A stretch of DNA of 64,000 nucleotides from an uncultured Bacillota bacterium (lineage in GTDB: Bacteria; Bacillota_I; Bacilli_A; RFN20; CAG-826). The DNA lies in contig CASEFL010000002.1 of the NCBI GenBank assembly GCA_949287245.1, forward strand, positions 80,975 to 144,974, in the 5' to 3' direction. A program made the position numbers and the translations under genes. Positions 20,464 to 34,841 of this stretch are shown here, in pieces. Positions within the stretch are counted from its first letter, which is position 1; each line of letters begins with the position of its first letter. The notes below the pieces were generated by a model. That model saw nothing but the letters and a program-made list of their open reading frames with translations. It was not told the DNA's origin and searched no databases.

Positions 20464-20952
20464 AAGATTTCGTGAATCTTATTTAAATTAATATCTTCAA
20501 AGGAAGAATTCTTGTTTGGTGAAAAGAAAACCGAAGAAAAAGTTAGATAAATTTCTTTAGCCATTCTAAGGGCTTTTTGTTTTTCCCATATGGGCGGAGG
20601 TTTTAAATTTACATCCTTGTTTATCAAAGGCGTTGATTTTAAGTGCGAGCAACGCTTCTAGAAAAAATTTGTCGTAAATTTGATAATCGAAGTAGAAACC
20701 TCTTATTCCATTTATACAAAACTCTTTTCTATCAAAGAAGAAGAAAATCATCTTAGGCGTGATTTTTAAAATCAAAAATAAGGTGCGTTATTAAGTACGA
20801 TTTCTAAAATAAAAATGAACTTTTGCGGAGAATTTAGTGTTTTTAAACTTTTCTCTCTTTCTTTTTGGAAAAGAAATGATTCATTTTATTTTGACTTTAA
20901 TGCACTTCTTATACGGGATACAAATTTAATATTTTCTCTTTAAAATAATGTC

Positions 20953-21831
20953 ATGTCTATTTTCGTTTCTTTGTTTCGTTATTTTATTGGGAAAAGTGAT
21001 AAGAAAAGGAATGATGCCGCTCCGAAAATCGAAGGGGTTAAACGCGTTATATTTCCAGATTTTAATCATGACAAAAATTGTTCTCTTGCTTTATATCTAC
21101 CTTTAAAGAGAATTGCCTCCTCCTTGCCTATTCTAGTAATAGTTCATGGGGGAGCATGGATTTATGGGAATATTGAAACCTATGATCCTTACGCTCGATA
21201 TTTAAGTTCAAAAGGTTTTGCGGTTGTTTCTTTTGACTATCCTTTAGCTCCAGAATATAAATTTCCTCTTCCTATATCTTTTATGGATAAAGCCATCCTC
21301 TTTTTAAAAGAACACCAAAAAGAGTATGACTTTGATCTTGAGAACATTTTTCTTGTTGGGGATAGTGCAGGTGCCAGCATGGCTCTTCAATACGCACTAG
21401 CTAGCCGTAACCATGCATATGGTATTTATTTCTCTTGTGCATATCCTCTAAGTATCAAAGGTCTTTTGCTTAATTGCGGAACCTATATTGGCTATGCAGA
21501 TAAAAAAGAAGATTTCTTAACGCGCTTTATTGCTAAACAGTGTTTACCACCTCGTTTTGATAAAAACGATCCACGTTATAATCCTTTACATTTTTTGGAA
21601 AAGAAATATTGTCCAAGGATTTTTCTTATGACTTCGGATGGTGATTTTTTAAGAGAGGAAACTATATACCTACATAATCTTCTTTCTAGTTTAAAAATCA
21701 CGCATGAACATCGAGATTATCAAGGTTCTAAGAGAAAATTGCCTCACGTTTTTCATTGTGATTTCCGCTTAAAAGAAGCTTATTTAGCAAATGATGAAGA
21801 ATGTGAATGGGTAAGAAAAAATTTAAAATAA
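20953..21831 (+). CDS. Alpha/beta hydrolase (HSL-family esterase/lipase)
   Basis: HGGAW oxyanion motif, GDSAG nucleophile, C-terminal HVFH. Confidence 0.92.
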   Translation: MSIFVSLFRYFIGKSDKKRNDAAPKIEGVKRVIFPDFNHDKNCSLALYLPLKRIASSLPILVIVHGGAWIYGNIETYDPYARYLSSKGFAVVSFDYPLAPEYKFPLPISFMDKAILFLKEHQKEYDFDLENIFLVGDSAGASMALQYALASRNHAYGIYFSCAYPLSIKGLLLNCGTYIGYADKKEDFLTRFIAKQCLPPRFDKNDPRYNPLHFLEKKYCPRIFLMTSDGDFLREETIYLHNLLSSLKITHEHRDYQGSKRKLPHVFHCDFRLKEAYLANDEECEWVRKNLK

Positions 21832-21862
21832 CCATGCAAAAATCAGATAAAAATTGTAATTT

Positions 21863-22489
21863 TTATTTTTGTGAATTTCTATTTGCGCGTAATTTTGACG
21901 CCAAAAGAACAGCAATCGTAGCAGGGATTCCAACTAAAAGAACGAACCAAAGATTAAATCCAGAATCAGGAATATCAATGGCAAGTTCTGCATAAACGGC
22001 GAATAAAAGGCTCCAAATAAAAACTAAAATGAGAGTTACTCCCCATTCTTTCTTCCCCCATTTTCGGTTAAATAAAGACAAAACAATGCAGGATACGGGA
22101 AATGCCCAAACAAAGGCTAACCAACCATGCCAAAATACGTTATCCATCACGTAGGTAGAAACACAAATAACTGTCGCAATGGAATAAACAAGAAGAACTG
22201 CAAGAACAACTAAAATAATCTTATTTCTTTTAATATCTTCCGGGGACAAATGTCCTTTTTCGTATAAGGAACTGTCGCTTTGATCATGAGTCAAATAATC
22301 AAGAGTAACTCCATAAAAATCTGCAAAAGATTGCAATGTTTTTAAGTCAGGAAGCGCCTCTCCATGTTCCCATTTTGAAACGGACTTATCGGTGTAATTA
22401 AAACGTTCAGCGACTTCAAGCTGCGTTAAGCCACGTGCTTTTCGCAGTTCAGCTAAATTTCTTGCAACAATCTCTTCGAGCGTTTTCAT
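21863..22489 (-). CDS. XRE-family HTH regulator with C-terminal transmembrane helices
   Basis: LRKARGLTQLEVAERFNYTDKSVSKWEHG plus four hydrophobic segments. Confidence 0.9.
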   Translation of the reverse strand: MKTLEEIVARNLAELRKARGLTQLEVAERFNYTDKSVSKWEHGEALPDLKTLQSFADFYGVTLDYLTHDQSDSSLYEKGHLSPEDIKRNKIILVVLAVLLVYSIATVICVSTYVMDNVFWHGWLAFVWAFPVSCIVLSLFNRKWGKKEWGVTLILVFIWSLLFAVYAELAIDIPDSGFNLWFVLLVGIPATIAVLLASKLRANRNSQK

Positions 22490-22556
22490 TCTCTCATTAT
22501 AGTAAGGATTTTATTTTGTATAGGAAAAATTTCGATAGCTTATCCTCTCAGGTAAG

Positions 22557-22578
22557 AAAAAGGAGGGCATTGCCCTCC
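22557..22578 (-). terminator. Terminator of the small ORF
   Basis: Perfect ggagggc-att-gccctcc stem; A-run on + strand gives a T-run on - strand. Confidence 0.8.
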
Positions 22579-22602
22579 GTTTACTAATTTGTATCTATGT
22601 TG

Positions 22603-22734
22603 TTATTGAAGTTCAGGATTAGGAATGTAGTCTTCATCATCCGAAAAGATGGGTCCCATTCCCGCAATCTCTTCAAGCTTAAAGCTATAAAGAGTGCCAA
22701 CTTCTTGTTCATTGAGTTCAAGATCTTTCATCAT
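22603..22734 (-). CDS. Unannotated 43-aa acidic small protein (MMKDLELNEQEVGTLYSFKLEEIAGMGPIFSDDEDYIPNPELQ)
   Basis: Strong SD GGGAGG 8 nt before ATG; upstream TTGAAA-N16-TATATT promoter; terminator directly downstream. Not in the supplied ORF track. Confidence 0.75.
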   Translation of the reverse strand: MMKDLELNEQEVGTLYSFKLEEIAGMGPIFSDDEDYIPNPELQ

Positions 22735-23059
22735 GGTCTATTCCTCCCAATTTTTTATTTTTCTTGTGGCTCCTTTTCTTGGAGCACCTCTAATATAAAG
22801 TGCTGTATACACGTTTCAATAGAGTTTTTTATGAAAGGCTTTTCAGAAAGCGTTTTCTTATTTTTATATAGAAAAACATTCGATAAAAGGCTTGTTATAA
22901 ATTGTAGATTTTCATAAATATTTCTTCATTTCAAAATCAATTTTCATGAAGTTTCAAAATTTTTCAGTTTGGAGAGTTTTACCTACATTGGAAAATTAGT
23001 GACTTATTTCTTTTTTAGTGGTAGTTTACGCGGTGCGTGTTTATGCGAGGTTATTTGGA

Positions 23060-24409
23060 ATGAAAAAGATATCAAAATATCCCTTAATGTTGCTCTCTGC
23101 TGCATCTTTGCTTCTTGCCGGTTGTGATAATCCTATAACAAGTGAATCTAAGCCGAGTATCAATGTGAATGATGAGACCATTGTAACGGATATTCGTTCC
23201 GCGATTGATTCGTTAAAGGATGTTCATAACTACACTGCTTTATATCAACTTTCTGATCGTAATGGTGGGCTTGGTACTTTCTACCATAATTACTATAAGG
23301 ATAACTACGTTTATAGTGATCGTATTGACCAAGAATGGGGTTATGTCCAAAGCGAAGAGGGAGTTTATCCTGTGACTATGCGACAAGAAGGAGATGGCGA
23401 GGCTACTCTTGTTGGAGGAGAACTTCTTCCTTCTACAGAACTTTATACGGGAGATTTATTCACTACGATTGGTGATTTAGATTCCTCGTGGTTTGAAGAA
23501 GGAAAAAAAGAAGTTGTTATTGATAAAAAAGTTCCCTCTTTGGCAATTCTTGACTTGATGGGAATGAGTGCGACACAGATTCTTTCTTTAGAAGAAGCGA
23601 AAGTTTCTGTTGATGATACCTTATCTTCCTTAGAAGTATCGGTTACTTTTGCTTACCAAGTATGGACCATGACCATCTATGACATTGGTAATACAACATC
23701 TGCCACAATGGATTCCTTTTTAGAAAATGGAGGAACTGCTTTCCAAATTCCTTCCGATTTAGATTTAGCGCGTTTAGTTTTTAAAGAAAACAATTACTCT
23801 CGAGATGTTATTAACTACTCTACAGGGGTTAGCGATGGTATAGAATATTTCTTACCTACCTATTTCTATGGGGATTACACCTCTACTTCTCTAGCTTTCT
23901 CTCAAGGTTTATTAGCGTTAAATCATAAGCAATATAAAGGGAATGATATGTATGGTTCCTATCTCTTTTATATTCAAAATAATAGTTTAGTTCTTGTTGC
24001 TGCCGGTACTGGCGCAGATGGAAATCCTATCTATAAGCCATATAACAGTAATGCAGAAATTCATGTAAAAGGAAATTACAATTACCCTTGTAATTTAGAA
24101 CTTTGGAATCATATGGAAGAATTTGTGGAGTCTTCCTCTGGAGTTTATGATTTGTATAACGTTGATTTGATTAAGGATTTTGCTTCCAATAATCAAGTTG
24201 ATTTAGATGCAAGTTCTCTTGTCTCTGAACGGTTGACCATGAAAATTGAGAATGCAGAAAATCAAAACAACTTAAAGATTACGTTTACGATGTATTATGG
24301 CTCCGAAGGGAATTCTGAGGCGAATCAAGCTGTTTATCCTTTCTTTGATTTCGGTACAAGTGAGCTTCGTGTTGTTGAAGAATTCTTAGATAGTAATAAT
24401 CTTCGGTAA
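23060..24409 (+). CDS. Uncharacterised lipoprotein with two internal repeats
   Basis: Start MKKISKY after gagg; lipobox LAGC; repeat ends TIYDIGNT and FFDFGTS resemble those of 2153 and 3635. Confidence 0.8.
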   Translation: MKKISKYPLMLLSAASLLLAGCDNPITSESKPSINVNDETIVTDIRSAIDSLKDVHNYTALYQLSDRNGGLGTFYHNYYKDNYVYSDRIDQEWGYVQSEEGVYPVTMRQEGDGEATLVGGELLPSTELYTGDLFTTIGDLDSSWFEEGKKEVVIDKKVPSLAILDLMGMSATQILSLEEAKVSVDDTLSSLEVSVTFAYQVWTMTIYDIGNTTSATMDSFLENGGTAFQIPSDLDLARLVFKENNYSRDVINYSTGVSDGIEYFLPTYFYGDYTSTSLAFSQGLLALNHKQYKGNDMYGSYLFYIQNNSLVLVAAGTGADGNPIYKPYNSNAEIHVKGNYNYPCNLELWNHMEEFVESSSGVYDLYNVDLIKDFASNNQVDLDASSLVSERLTMKIENAENQNNLKITFTMYYGSEGNSEANQAVYPFFDFGTSELRVVEEFLDSNNLR

Positions 24410-24422
24410 GTAAAATATATTT

Positions 24423-24451
24423 AAACTCCTCTCGTTGAAGAGGAGTTTTTT
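24423..24451. terminator. Bidirectional terminator
   Basis: aaactcctct-cgttga-agaggagttttt between convergent genes. Confidence 0.8.
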
Positions 24452-24484
24452 CTAACTTATAAAGTAAGTTTTAAACTTATGAGT

Positions 24485-25378
24485 TCAAGTTTTTTGGTGT
24501 TGATATCGCCATAAGAAGAACATTTTGAAAATGGCAAAAAGAAGAAAAGGAATACCAAGAAGGCATCCTCCGATATAGTCATTAGGACATAAAGGATAAA
24601 GAAGCGCGAAAATTATAATTCCGATAAAGAAGAAGAATCCATCAATGAGATAGTGAAATAATTTCATCATTTTTGCATAAAGGATATAAGAACAAATAAG
24701 AAGAAAAAAAGCACTACAGAGGAACACATAACATAAAGAAGGAAGAACATAGCAAAAGGCAAAATCTAACAAAGAAAAAAGAGCAATAAAGATTGGATAT
24801 CCCCATAAAAAAGCCTCTCTTTTTTCTGATTTTTCAATAATTCTTACCCGAATCCCTTCCGAAAAGAAAGAGGCAAGAAGCATGGAAGATAAGGAAAACA
24901 AATAAAGAATAAGAAGGGTTAATTCTCTTGCCGTTTGATTTTCATTTAAACCTAAAATCCATAAACCATCTTCCATCATGTTGCGACCAATTAAGGCCTC
25001 AATTAAGGGAACAGAAAGAAGAGTAAAGGCAAAATAGATATAGGATCCCAAAAGTATAGGGTATCCAATAGGACATTCTTTTTTTCTTAAATAGCCATAA
25101 AGTGTGCCTCCTAAAACTCCAGGGAAGGAGGTGAATAAAGCACTACTTAATTCATGAAAAGAAAATAGAAGGCAAAAGGAACAAGAGGCCAAAGCATAAA
25201 TAGGCAAAAACTTATTTGGCATTTTGTAGGCGGCAAGGGATGAGAAAAAGGGAATTAAAAATAGAGCTAAAAGCGATCCCCATACGAAATAAGAGGCTAA
25301 AGTAGCACTAATTGCGCATAAGCAAGATAGCATCGCGGATGTTGCTATCGCGTGTACTTCTTTTCTTTTTTCTCCCAC
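24485..25378 (-). CDS. Polytopic membrane protein (YybS/DUF2232-like)
   Basis: Many TM segments; start placed at GTG 25378 (6 nt after CATAAT). Confidence 0.6.
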   Translation of the reverse strand: MGEKRKEVHAIATSAMLSCLCAISATLASYFVWGSLLALFLIPFFSSLAAYKMPNKFLPIYALASCSFCLLFSFHELSSALFTSFPGVLGGTLYGYLRKKECPIGYPILLGSYIYFAFTLLSVPLIEALIGRNMMEDGLWILGLNENQTARELTLLILYLFSLSSMLLASFFSEGIRVRIIEKSEKREAFLWGYPIFIALFSLLDFAFCYVLPSLCYVFLCSAFFLLICSYILYAKMMKLFHYLIDGFFFFIGIIIFALLYPLCPNDYIGGCLLGIPFLLFAIFKMFFLWRYQHQKT

Positions 25379-25461
25379 AAGAAAATTATGCCCTAGAAAA
25401 TTGAAAAAGAAATACTTCTTCTTATGGAAGCAAAGGCTAGAACGCACTATCCTTTTAGGGC

Positions 25462-29744
<4,283 letters not shown>

Positions 29745-29897
29745 ATTTAAGAAATTATAAAAATAATGGCTTTTTACAAGTATTTTTAATTTTTTATTTT
29801 AAATTGTGCATTTTATTTATCTTAGGAATTCCCCTCTTTATTTATCGAATATCTTTTACAAAGATATTTCCTTATTTTTGTTATAAAATGAATATCG

Positions 29898-30194
29898 ATG
29901 AAAAAAGTAGATAAAACAATTTTAGAAGAAGCCGCAAATCGCCTTCTGTTTACAATGTCAGAAGAACAATATGATACGCTTCTTGATGAATTCTCCATCT
30001 TGTTAAAGCAAATGGAGACTTTAGGGGAAGTACAAGATTTAGATGCTTATGATCCCATGACTTTTCCTTTTTCGTGTGAGACCTCTTATTTAAGAGAAGA
30101 TGAACCGATGACTCCTTTATCACAAGAAGAGGCACTAAAAAATGCAGGAAATGTCCAAGACGGGCAAATTAAGTTACCAAAGGTGGTGCAGTAA
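29898..30194 (+). CDS. gatC: Asp/Glu-tRNA amidotransferase subunit C
   Basis: LREDEP...ALKNA...KLPKVV; lies before gatA. Confidence 0.9.
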   Translation: MKKVDKTILEEAANRLLFTMSEEQYDTLLDEFSILLKQMETLGEVQDLDAYDPMTFPFSCETSYLREDEPMTPLSQEEALKNAGNVQDGQIKLPKVVQ

Positions 30195-30196
30195 TC

Positions 30197-31666
30197 ATGA
30201 AGACATTAGGATGTTCAATAAGAGAATTACATCAAGCTTATTTAGAAGGAAAAACAACACCTTTTGATGTAACTAAAGAAGCAATTGCCGCTGTTAAAGA
30301 AGATCAAAATAATGCTTTAGAGGCAACTTGTTTTGAAGAAGCCTTAGAGTTTGCTGCATCTTTAAAAGAAGTCGAGGAAGATAATCTTTTATGGGGCATT
30401 CCCTATTTTGCTAAAGATAATTTTTCTACAAAGGGTTTAGAGTCGACTGCTTCTTCAAACATTTTGAATGGGTATATTCCTGTTTTTGATGCCGAAGTGA
30501 TTACTCGCTTAAAAGCTAAAAAAGCGATTTTACTAGGAAAAACCACTTTAGATGAATTAGCGATGGGTGGCACAGGGACAACTGGGCATAAAGGAAAAAC
30601 GTATAATCCTTATGACCCAAGCCATACGCGAATGGTTGGAGGTTCCTCTTGTGGAAGCGCAGCAGTAACTGCGGCAGGTTATGTTCCCTTTGCCTTAGGA
30701 TCTGATACCGGGGATTCCATTAGAAAACCCGCTTCCTATGCTGGCTTAGTTGGGTTAAAACCAACGTGGGGCAGAATTAGCCGTTATGGATTATTTCCTT
30801 TTGCCCCATCTTTAGACACTGTTGGTTATTTCACTCGTTCTGTTGATGATTCTGCGATATTGTTAGAAGTTCTTGCGGGGCGTGACCCAAAAGATTCTAC
30901 TTCTAGTGAACTACCAGTTGATTCTTATCACGATTATGCTTCCTATTCTTTAAAAGGGAAAAAAGTTGGGATTTTAAGTGATTTGAATTCCACGATTAAA
31001 GGAAGCAAAGAAGCTGAACTTTTTTCTTCATTTGTCAATAAATTACAAGAGAAGGGAATTGAAGTTTGTTCGTATTCTTTTGGAGAAGATTTATTGCGGG
31101 CGATTTATGCTGTTTATTTTGTGATTAGTTGTTCAGAAGCAACAAGTAATGATGCCAATTTAGATGGAATTAAATTCGGTCCTTATCATGAAGGAAAAAC
31201 ATATCAAGAAGTGATGAGCAAAGCACGAACACTTGGTTTTTCGGAATTAATTAAAAGGCGCTTTGTGATTGGTTCTTATTGTTTAATGAAAGAAAACCAA
31301 GAAGAACTGTTTTTAAGAGCGCAAAAAATTCGTCATAAAATTGTGAATCGCCTAAAGGAAATCTTAAAAGAAGTAGACTGGCTTTTAACGCCTAGTGCAC
31401 CCGGAATTGCTCCTAAATTTAAAGATTCTAGCGATCGTTTAAGCGATACTTATCTTATTGCAGATAATCATCTTGCTTTAGCGAATTTTTCCGGTCTTCC
31501 CTCTTTGAGCTTGCCTTTGGGATTTGAAGATGGGATGCCTTTAGGAATAAATTTTACGGGTCGTGCTTTTGAAGAACGTGCCTTATTTGCTATAGGGAAA
31601 TGTAGTGAAGAAATTACTCTTCTTGAAGGGCTTTCTCTTTTAAATAGAAAGGAGGGGTCAAAATGA
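30197..31666 (+). CDS. gatA: Asp/Glu-tRNA amidotransferase subunit A
   Basis: Amidase signature GGSSCGSA, GSDTGDSIRKPA, GLKPTWGRISRYG. Confidence 0.95.
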   Translation: MKTLGCSIRELHQAYLEGKTTPFDVTKEAIAAVKEDQNNALEATCFEEALEFAASLKEVEEDNLLWGIPYFAKDNFSTKGLESTASSNILNGYIPVFDAEVITRLKAKKAILLGKTTLDELAMGGTGTTGHKGKTYNPYDPSHTRMVGGSSCGSAAVTAAGYVPFALGSDTGDSIRKPASYAGLVGLKPTWGRISRYGLFPFAPSLDTVGYFTRSVDDSAILLEVLAGRDPKDSTSSELPVDSYHDYASYSLKGKKVGILSDLNSTIKGSKEAELFSSFVNKLQEKGIEVCSYSFGEDLLRAIYAVYFVISCSEATSNDANLDGIKFGPYHEGKTYQEVMSKARTLGFSELIKRRFVIGSYCLMKENQEELFLRAQKIRHKIVNRLKEILKEVDWLLTPSAPGIAPKFKDSSDRLSDTYLIADNHLALANFSGLPSLSLPLGFEDGMPLGINFTGRAFEERALFAIGKCSEEITLLEGLSLLNRKEGSK

Positions 31667-33087
31667 ATTTTGAGGCAATTATTGGATTAGAAATTCACGT
31701 AGAAATGAAAACGAGAAGCAAAATGTTTAGTGCTTCTCCTGTTACTTATGGAAAGGAAGCAAATACGGAGGTTACACCTTTTGATATGGCCTTCCCTGGA
31801 ACGATGCCTGTAGTGAATAAACAAGCTGTAATCAACGGGATTCGTGTCGCGAACGCTTTGCATATGGAGATTGATCGTCTTCTTCGTTTTGATCGAAAAA
31901 ATTACTTCTATAGTGATTTGCCGAAAGGTTATCAAATTACCCAACAGTTTTACCCTATTGGGAAAAATGGATATTTAACAATTCGTACAAAAAATGGAGA
32001 AAGAAAAATTGGCATTGAACGCATTCATTTAGAAGAAGATACCTGCAAACAATTGCATTTTCCTGACTGCACGCTTTTAGACTATAACCGTGCGGGTGTG
32101 CCTTTAATTGAAATTGTTTCTTTACCAGAAATCCGTAGTGGTGAAGAAGCGCGTCTTTATGTTGAAGCCATTCGTAATATTGTCCTTTATAGCGGAGTGT
32201 CGGATGGCAAGATGGAAGAAGGGTCATTACGGGTTGACGTGAATGTTTCCATCCGTCCTTATGGTCAAAGCGAATTTGGTACAAAAGTAGAGATTAAAAA
32301 CTTAAATTCCATCAAAAATATTGAGCTTGCTTTAGATTATGAAATTGAACGTCAGTCAAAACTTCTTCTTGAGGGAATTAAAGTACAACAAGAGACAAGA
32401 CGTTATGATGAGGGAAAGGGAGAAACCGTATTAATGAGATTAAAAACAGATGCGGTTGATTATAAATATTTCCCAGAACCGAATATTTCTCCTATTCAAG
32501 TAAATGAAGAATTTGTAGAAGAGGCAATATCTACTTGTCCCGAATTATATGAAAGCAAAAGAACACGTTATCTTTCCATGGGATTAATGGAGAAAGATGT
32601 AGAAGTTTTATTGCAAGATATGGATATGGCTTTGTATTTTGAAAAGGTCGTTATGCATAGCAAATATCCAAAGACGGTTGCGAATTTTATGATGGGAGAA
32701 GGGAATGCTTACTGTAATAAAAAAGAAATCTCTTGGAAGCAATTTCCATTAAATCCCGCTACTTTTGCAGAGATTTTACCTTATCAAGAAGAAAAAGGAT
32801 TCTCTCATAAACAGGTGGCTGATTTGTTCTTATGGTGTTTAGAGAATCAAGGAAGTGCTGTTGAAGGAGAAAAGGCTCTTCATTTAGTAGCGCAAGTTTC
32901 GGATGAATCCTTCTTAGTCGATATTGTTAAGGAAGTTCTCAAAAATAATCCTCAATCGATTATCGATTTTAAAAATGGAAAAGACCGTGCATTAGGATTC
33001 TTAGTAGGGCAAGGAATGAAATTATCCAAAGGAAAGGCAAATCCTGCCAAACTAAGTGCTTTAATTAAGGAAGAATTAATAAAATAA
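31663..33087 (+). CDS. gatB: Asp/Glu-tRNA amidotransferase subunit B
   Basis: IGLEIH, FDRKNYFYSDLPKGYQITQ, HLEED, YKYFPEP. Confidence 0.97.
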   Translation: MNFEAIIGLEIHVEMKTRSKMFSASPVTYGKEANTEVTPFDMAFPGTMPVVNKQAVINGIRVANALHMEIDRLLRFDRKNYFYSDLPKGYQITQQFYPIGKNGYLTIRTKNGERKIGIERIHLEEDTCKQLHFPDCTLLDYNRAGVPLIEIVSLPEIRSGEEARLYVEAIRNIVLYSGVSDGKMEEGSLRVDVNVSIRPYGQSEFGTKVEIKNLNSIKNIELALDYEIERQSKLLLEGIKVQQETRRYDEGKGETVLMRLKTDAVDYKYFPEPNISPIQVNEEFVEEAISTCPELYESKRTRYLSMGLMEKDVEVLLQDMDMALYFEKVVMHSKYPKTVANFMMGEGNAYCNKKEISWKQFPLNPATFAEILPYQEEKGFSHKQVADLFLWCLENQGSAVEGEKALHLVAQVSDESFLVDIVKEVLKNNPQSIIDFKNGKDRALGFLVGQGMKLSKGKANPAKLSALIKEELIK

Positions 33088-33090
33088 CTT

Positions 33091-33813
33091 ATGGCAGAAA
33101 AAGAAATGAAACAAGAAGAAAACAAAGTTCAAGGTTTGGCCTATTTAGAGCAATTTTTATCTTCTCTTGAAGGCTTTGAACTTCCTCCTTTCCGGGAACT
33201 TCCTCCGGTGAAGCTTTATATGGAGCAAGTATTAGAATATGTAAACCATGCTTTAGAACCTTTTTCTGAAGAAGATAAAGTATTAATCACCTCCTTTATG
33301 GTGAATAACTATGTAAAAGCAAGAATCTTAAAAGAACCGGAAGGAAAACGTTATGGGGTGGAGCAGGTAGGTTACCTTCTAGCAATTGCCATTTTAAAAC
33401 GTAGTTTATCCATGACAGAAGTTGGGCGTCTACTAGAAATGGATATTGGTATATCCGAAGAAAAACAGGATATTTATGAATTTTATCGTTCTTTATTAAA
33501 AGAAACTGTTCAAGAACGGGTGTCGAATTTATTGCTTCGTTGTAAAGACATTCGTTCTCGATTTGAAAAAGAAAAGGAGGAAGGGAAAGAAGAGGCCGAT
33601 AGCGATGCTGCCCATCAAGTTGCGCTTCTTGCCTTCCGTTTAGCAGTCCGTAGCGCAATTGATCAAAGTATTGCAAGAGCGATGATTGCCTCTTTAGGAC
33701 CATCTTCTTCTATGGATAAAACTTTCTTAGCCAAGGCTGGAAAAGAGGAAGCAAGAGAAGAGGAGAAATGTAGCGAACAAGAAGCAAAGCGTTTATCCGA
33801 AAGGAGAAAATAG
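33091..33813 (+). CDS. DUF1836 domain protein
   Basis: ELPPVKLYMEQV...ITSFMVNNYVK...KRY motif. Confidence 0.8.
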   Translation: MAEKEMKQEENKVQGLAYLEQFLSSLEGFELPPFRELPPVKLYMEQVLEYVNHALEPFSEEDKVLITSFMVNNYVKARILKEPEGKRYGVEQVGYLLAIAILKRSLSMTEVGRLLEMDIGISEEKQDIYEFYRSLLKETVQERVSNLLLRCKDIRSRFEKEKEEGKEEADSDAAHQVALLAFRLAVRSAIDQSIARAMIASLGPSSSMDKTFLAKAGKEEAREEEKCSEQEAKRLSERRK

Positions 33814-33815
33814 TT

Positions 33816-34841
33816 ATGAAAGAGTGTCTTGTTGCAGGGGGTCTTGGATTTATTGGTTCAGAAACAGTCCTTTCCTTAATTGAGAATGGTTGGGATCCTG
33901 TCATTGTCGATGATTTATCCAATGCAAAAAAACGAGTACACCCCGTATTAGAAAAGTTAAGTGGAAAAAAGATTCCTTTCTATGAAGGAAATATTCTCGA
34001 CAAGACATTCTTAGAACACGTCTTTCAAAAGCATTCTTTTCAGGCGGTTTTCGATTTTGCCGCCTTTAAAGCTGTAGGAGAATCTGTTCATCAACCATTA
34101 AAATATTATGAGAATAATTTGATGGGGACACTTTCTCTTCTTTCTTTCATGGAAAAATATGGAGTTAAGACTTTTGTTTTTTCTTCTAGTGCGACTGTAT
34201 ACGGGGATTCTCCTAATTTACCTTATCAAGAAGATAGCCCAACTTTTGAAGCGACAAATCCTTATGGGGAGACAAAGGTAATGAACGAAAGAATTCTTCA
34301 TGATTTTTTAAAAGCTCATGAAGGGGAAGGGTATCAAATTATTTGTCTTCGTTATTTTAATCCGATTGGTGCCCATCCTAGCGGCTTACTCGGGGAAGAT
34401 CCCAAAGGCATGCCAAATAACTTATTTCCCATTATCAATCAAGTCGCGATTGGGCTTCGTCCTTCTTTAACGGTATACGGGAATGACTACCCTACAGAAG
34501 ATGGAACGTGTATTCGTGATTATCTTCATGTATGCGATCTAGCAGAAGGACATGTTGCTGCCCTTAATAAAGAGAATAAAGAAGGTTTTCATCTTTATAA
34601 TTTAGGCACGGGTAAAGGGAGTTCTGTTTTTGAAATTATTCACGCTTATGAAAAAGTCATGGGTAAGAAACTTCCTTATACGATTGGGGCAAGAAGGGAT
34701 GGGGATATTGCCATCTCTTATGCTGATCCTACAAAAGCAAAAAAAGAGCTTCATTGGGAAGCAAAAAGAAGTATTGAAGATGCGGCAAGAGATGCATATC
34801 GCTTTGCCTTATTTACTTTGAAAGGAGAAGAAGATGAGTAA
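33816..34841 (+). CDS. galE: UDP-glucose 4-epimerase
   Basis: GGLGFIG, KAVGES, YYENN, SSSATVYG, PYGETK, LRYFNP, RDYLHV. Confidence 0.95.
   Translation: MKECLVAGGLGFIGSETVLSLIENGWDPVIVDDLSNAKKRVHPVLEKLSGKKIPFYEGNILDKTFLEHVFQKHSFQAVFDFAAFKAVGESVHQPLKYYENNLMGTLSLLSFMEKYGVKTFVFSSSATVYGDSPNLPYQEDSPTFEATNPYGETKVMNERILHDFLKAHEGEGYQIICLRYFNPIGAHPSGLLGEDPKGMPNNLFPIINQVAIGLRPSLTVYGNDYPTEDGTCIRDYLHVCDLAEGHVAALNKENKEGFHLYNLGTGKGSSVFEIIHAYEKVMGKKLPYTIGARRDGDIAISYADPTKAKKELHWEAKRSIEDAARDAYRFALFTLKGEEDE

Noticed and set aside
20415..20775. Two short minus-strand ORFs after clpB
   Set aside because: No SD or recognisable motifs; one crosses the clpB terminator and stop codon.
22597..22917. 106-aa plus-strand ORF
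   Set aside because: Shadow of the minus-strand 43-aa ORF, which has the SD, promoter and terminator.
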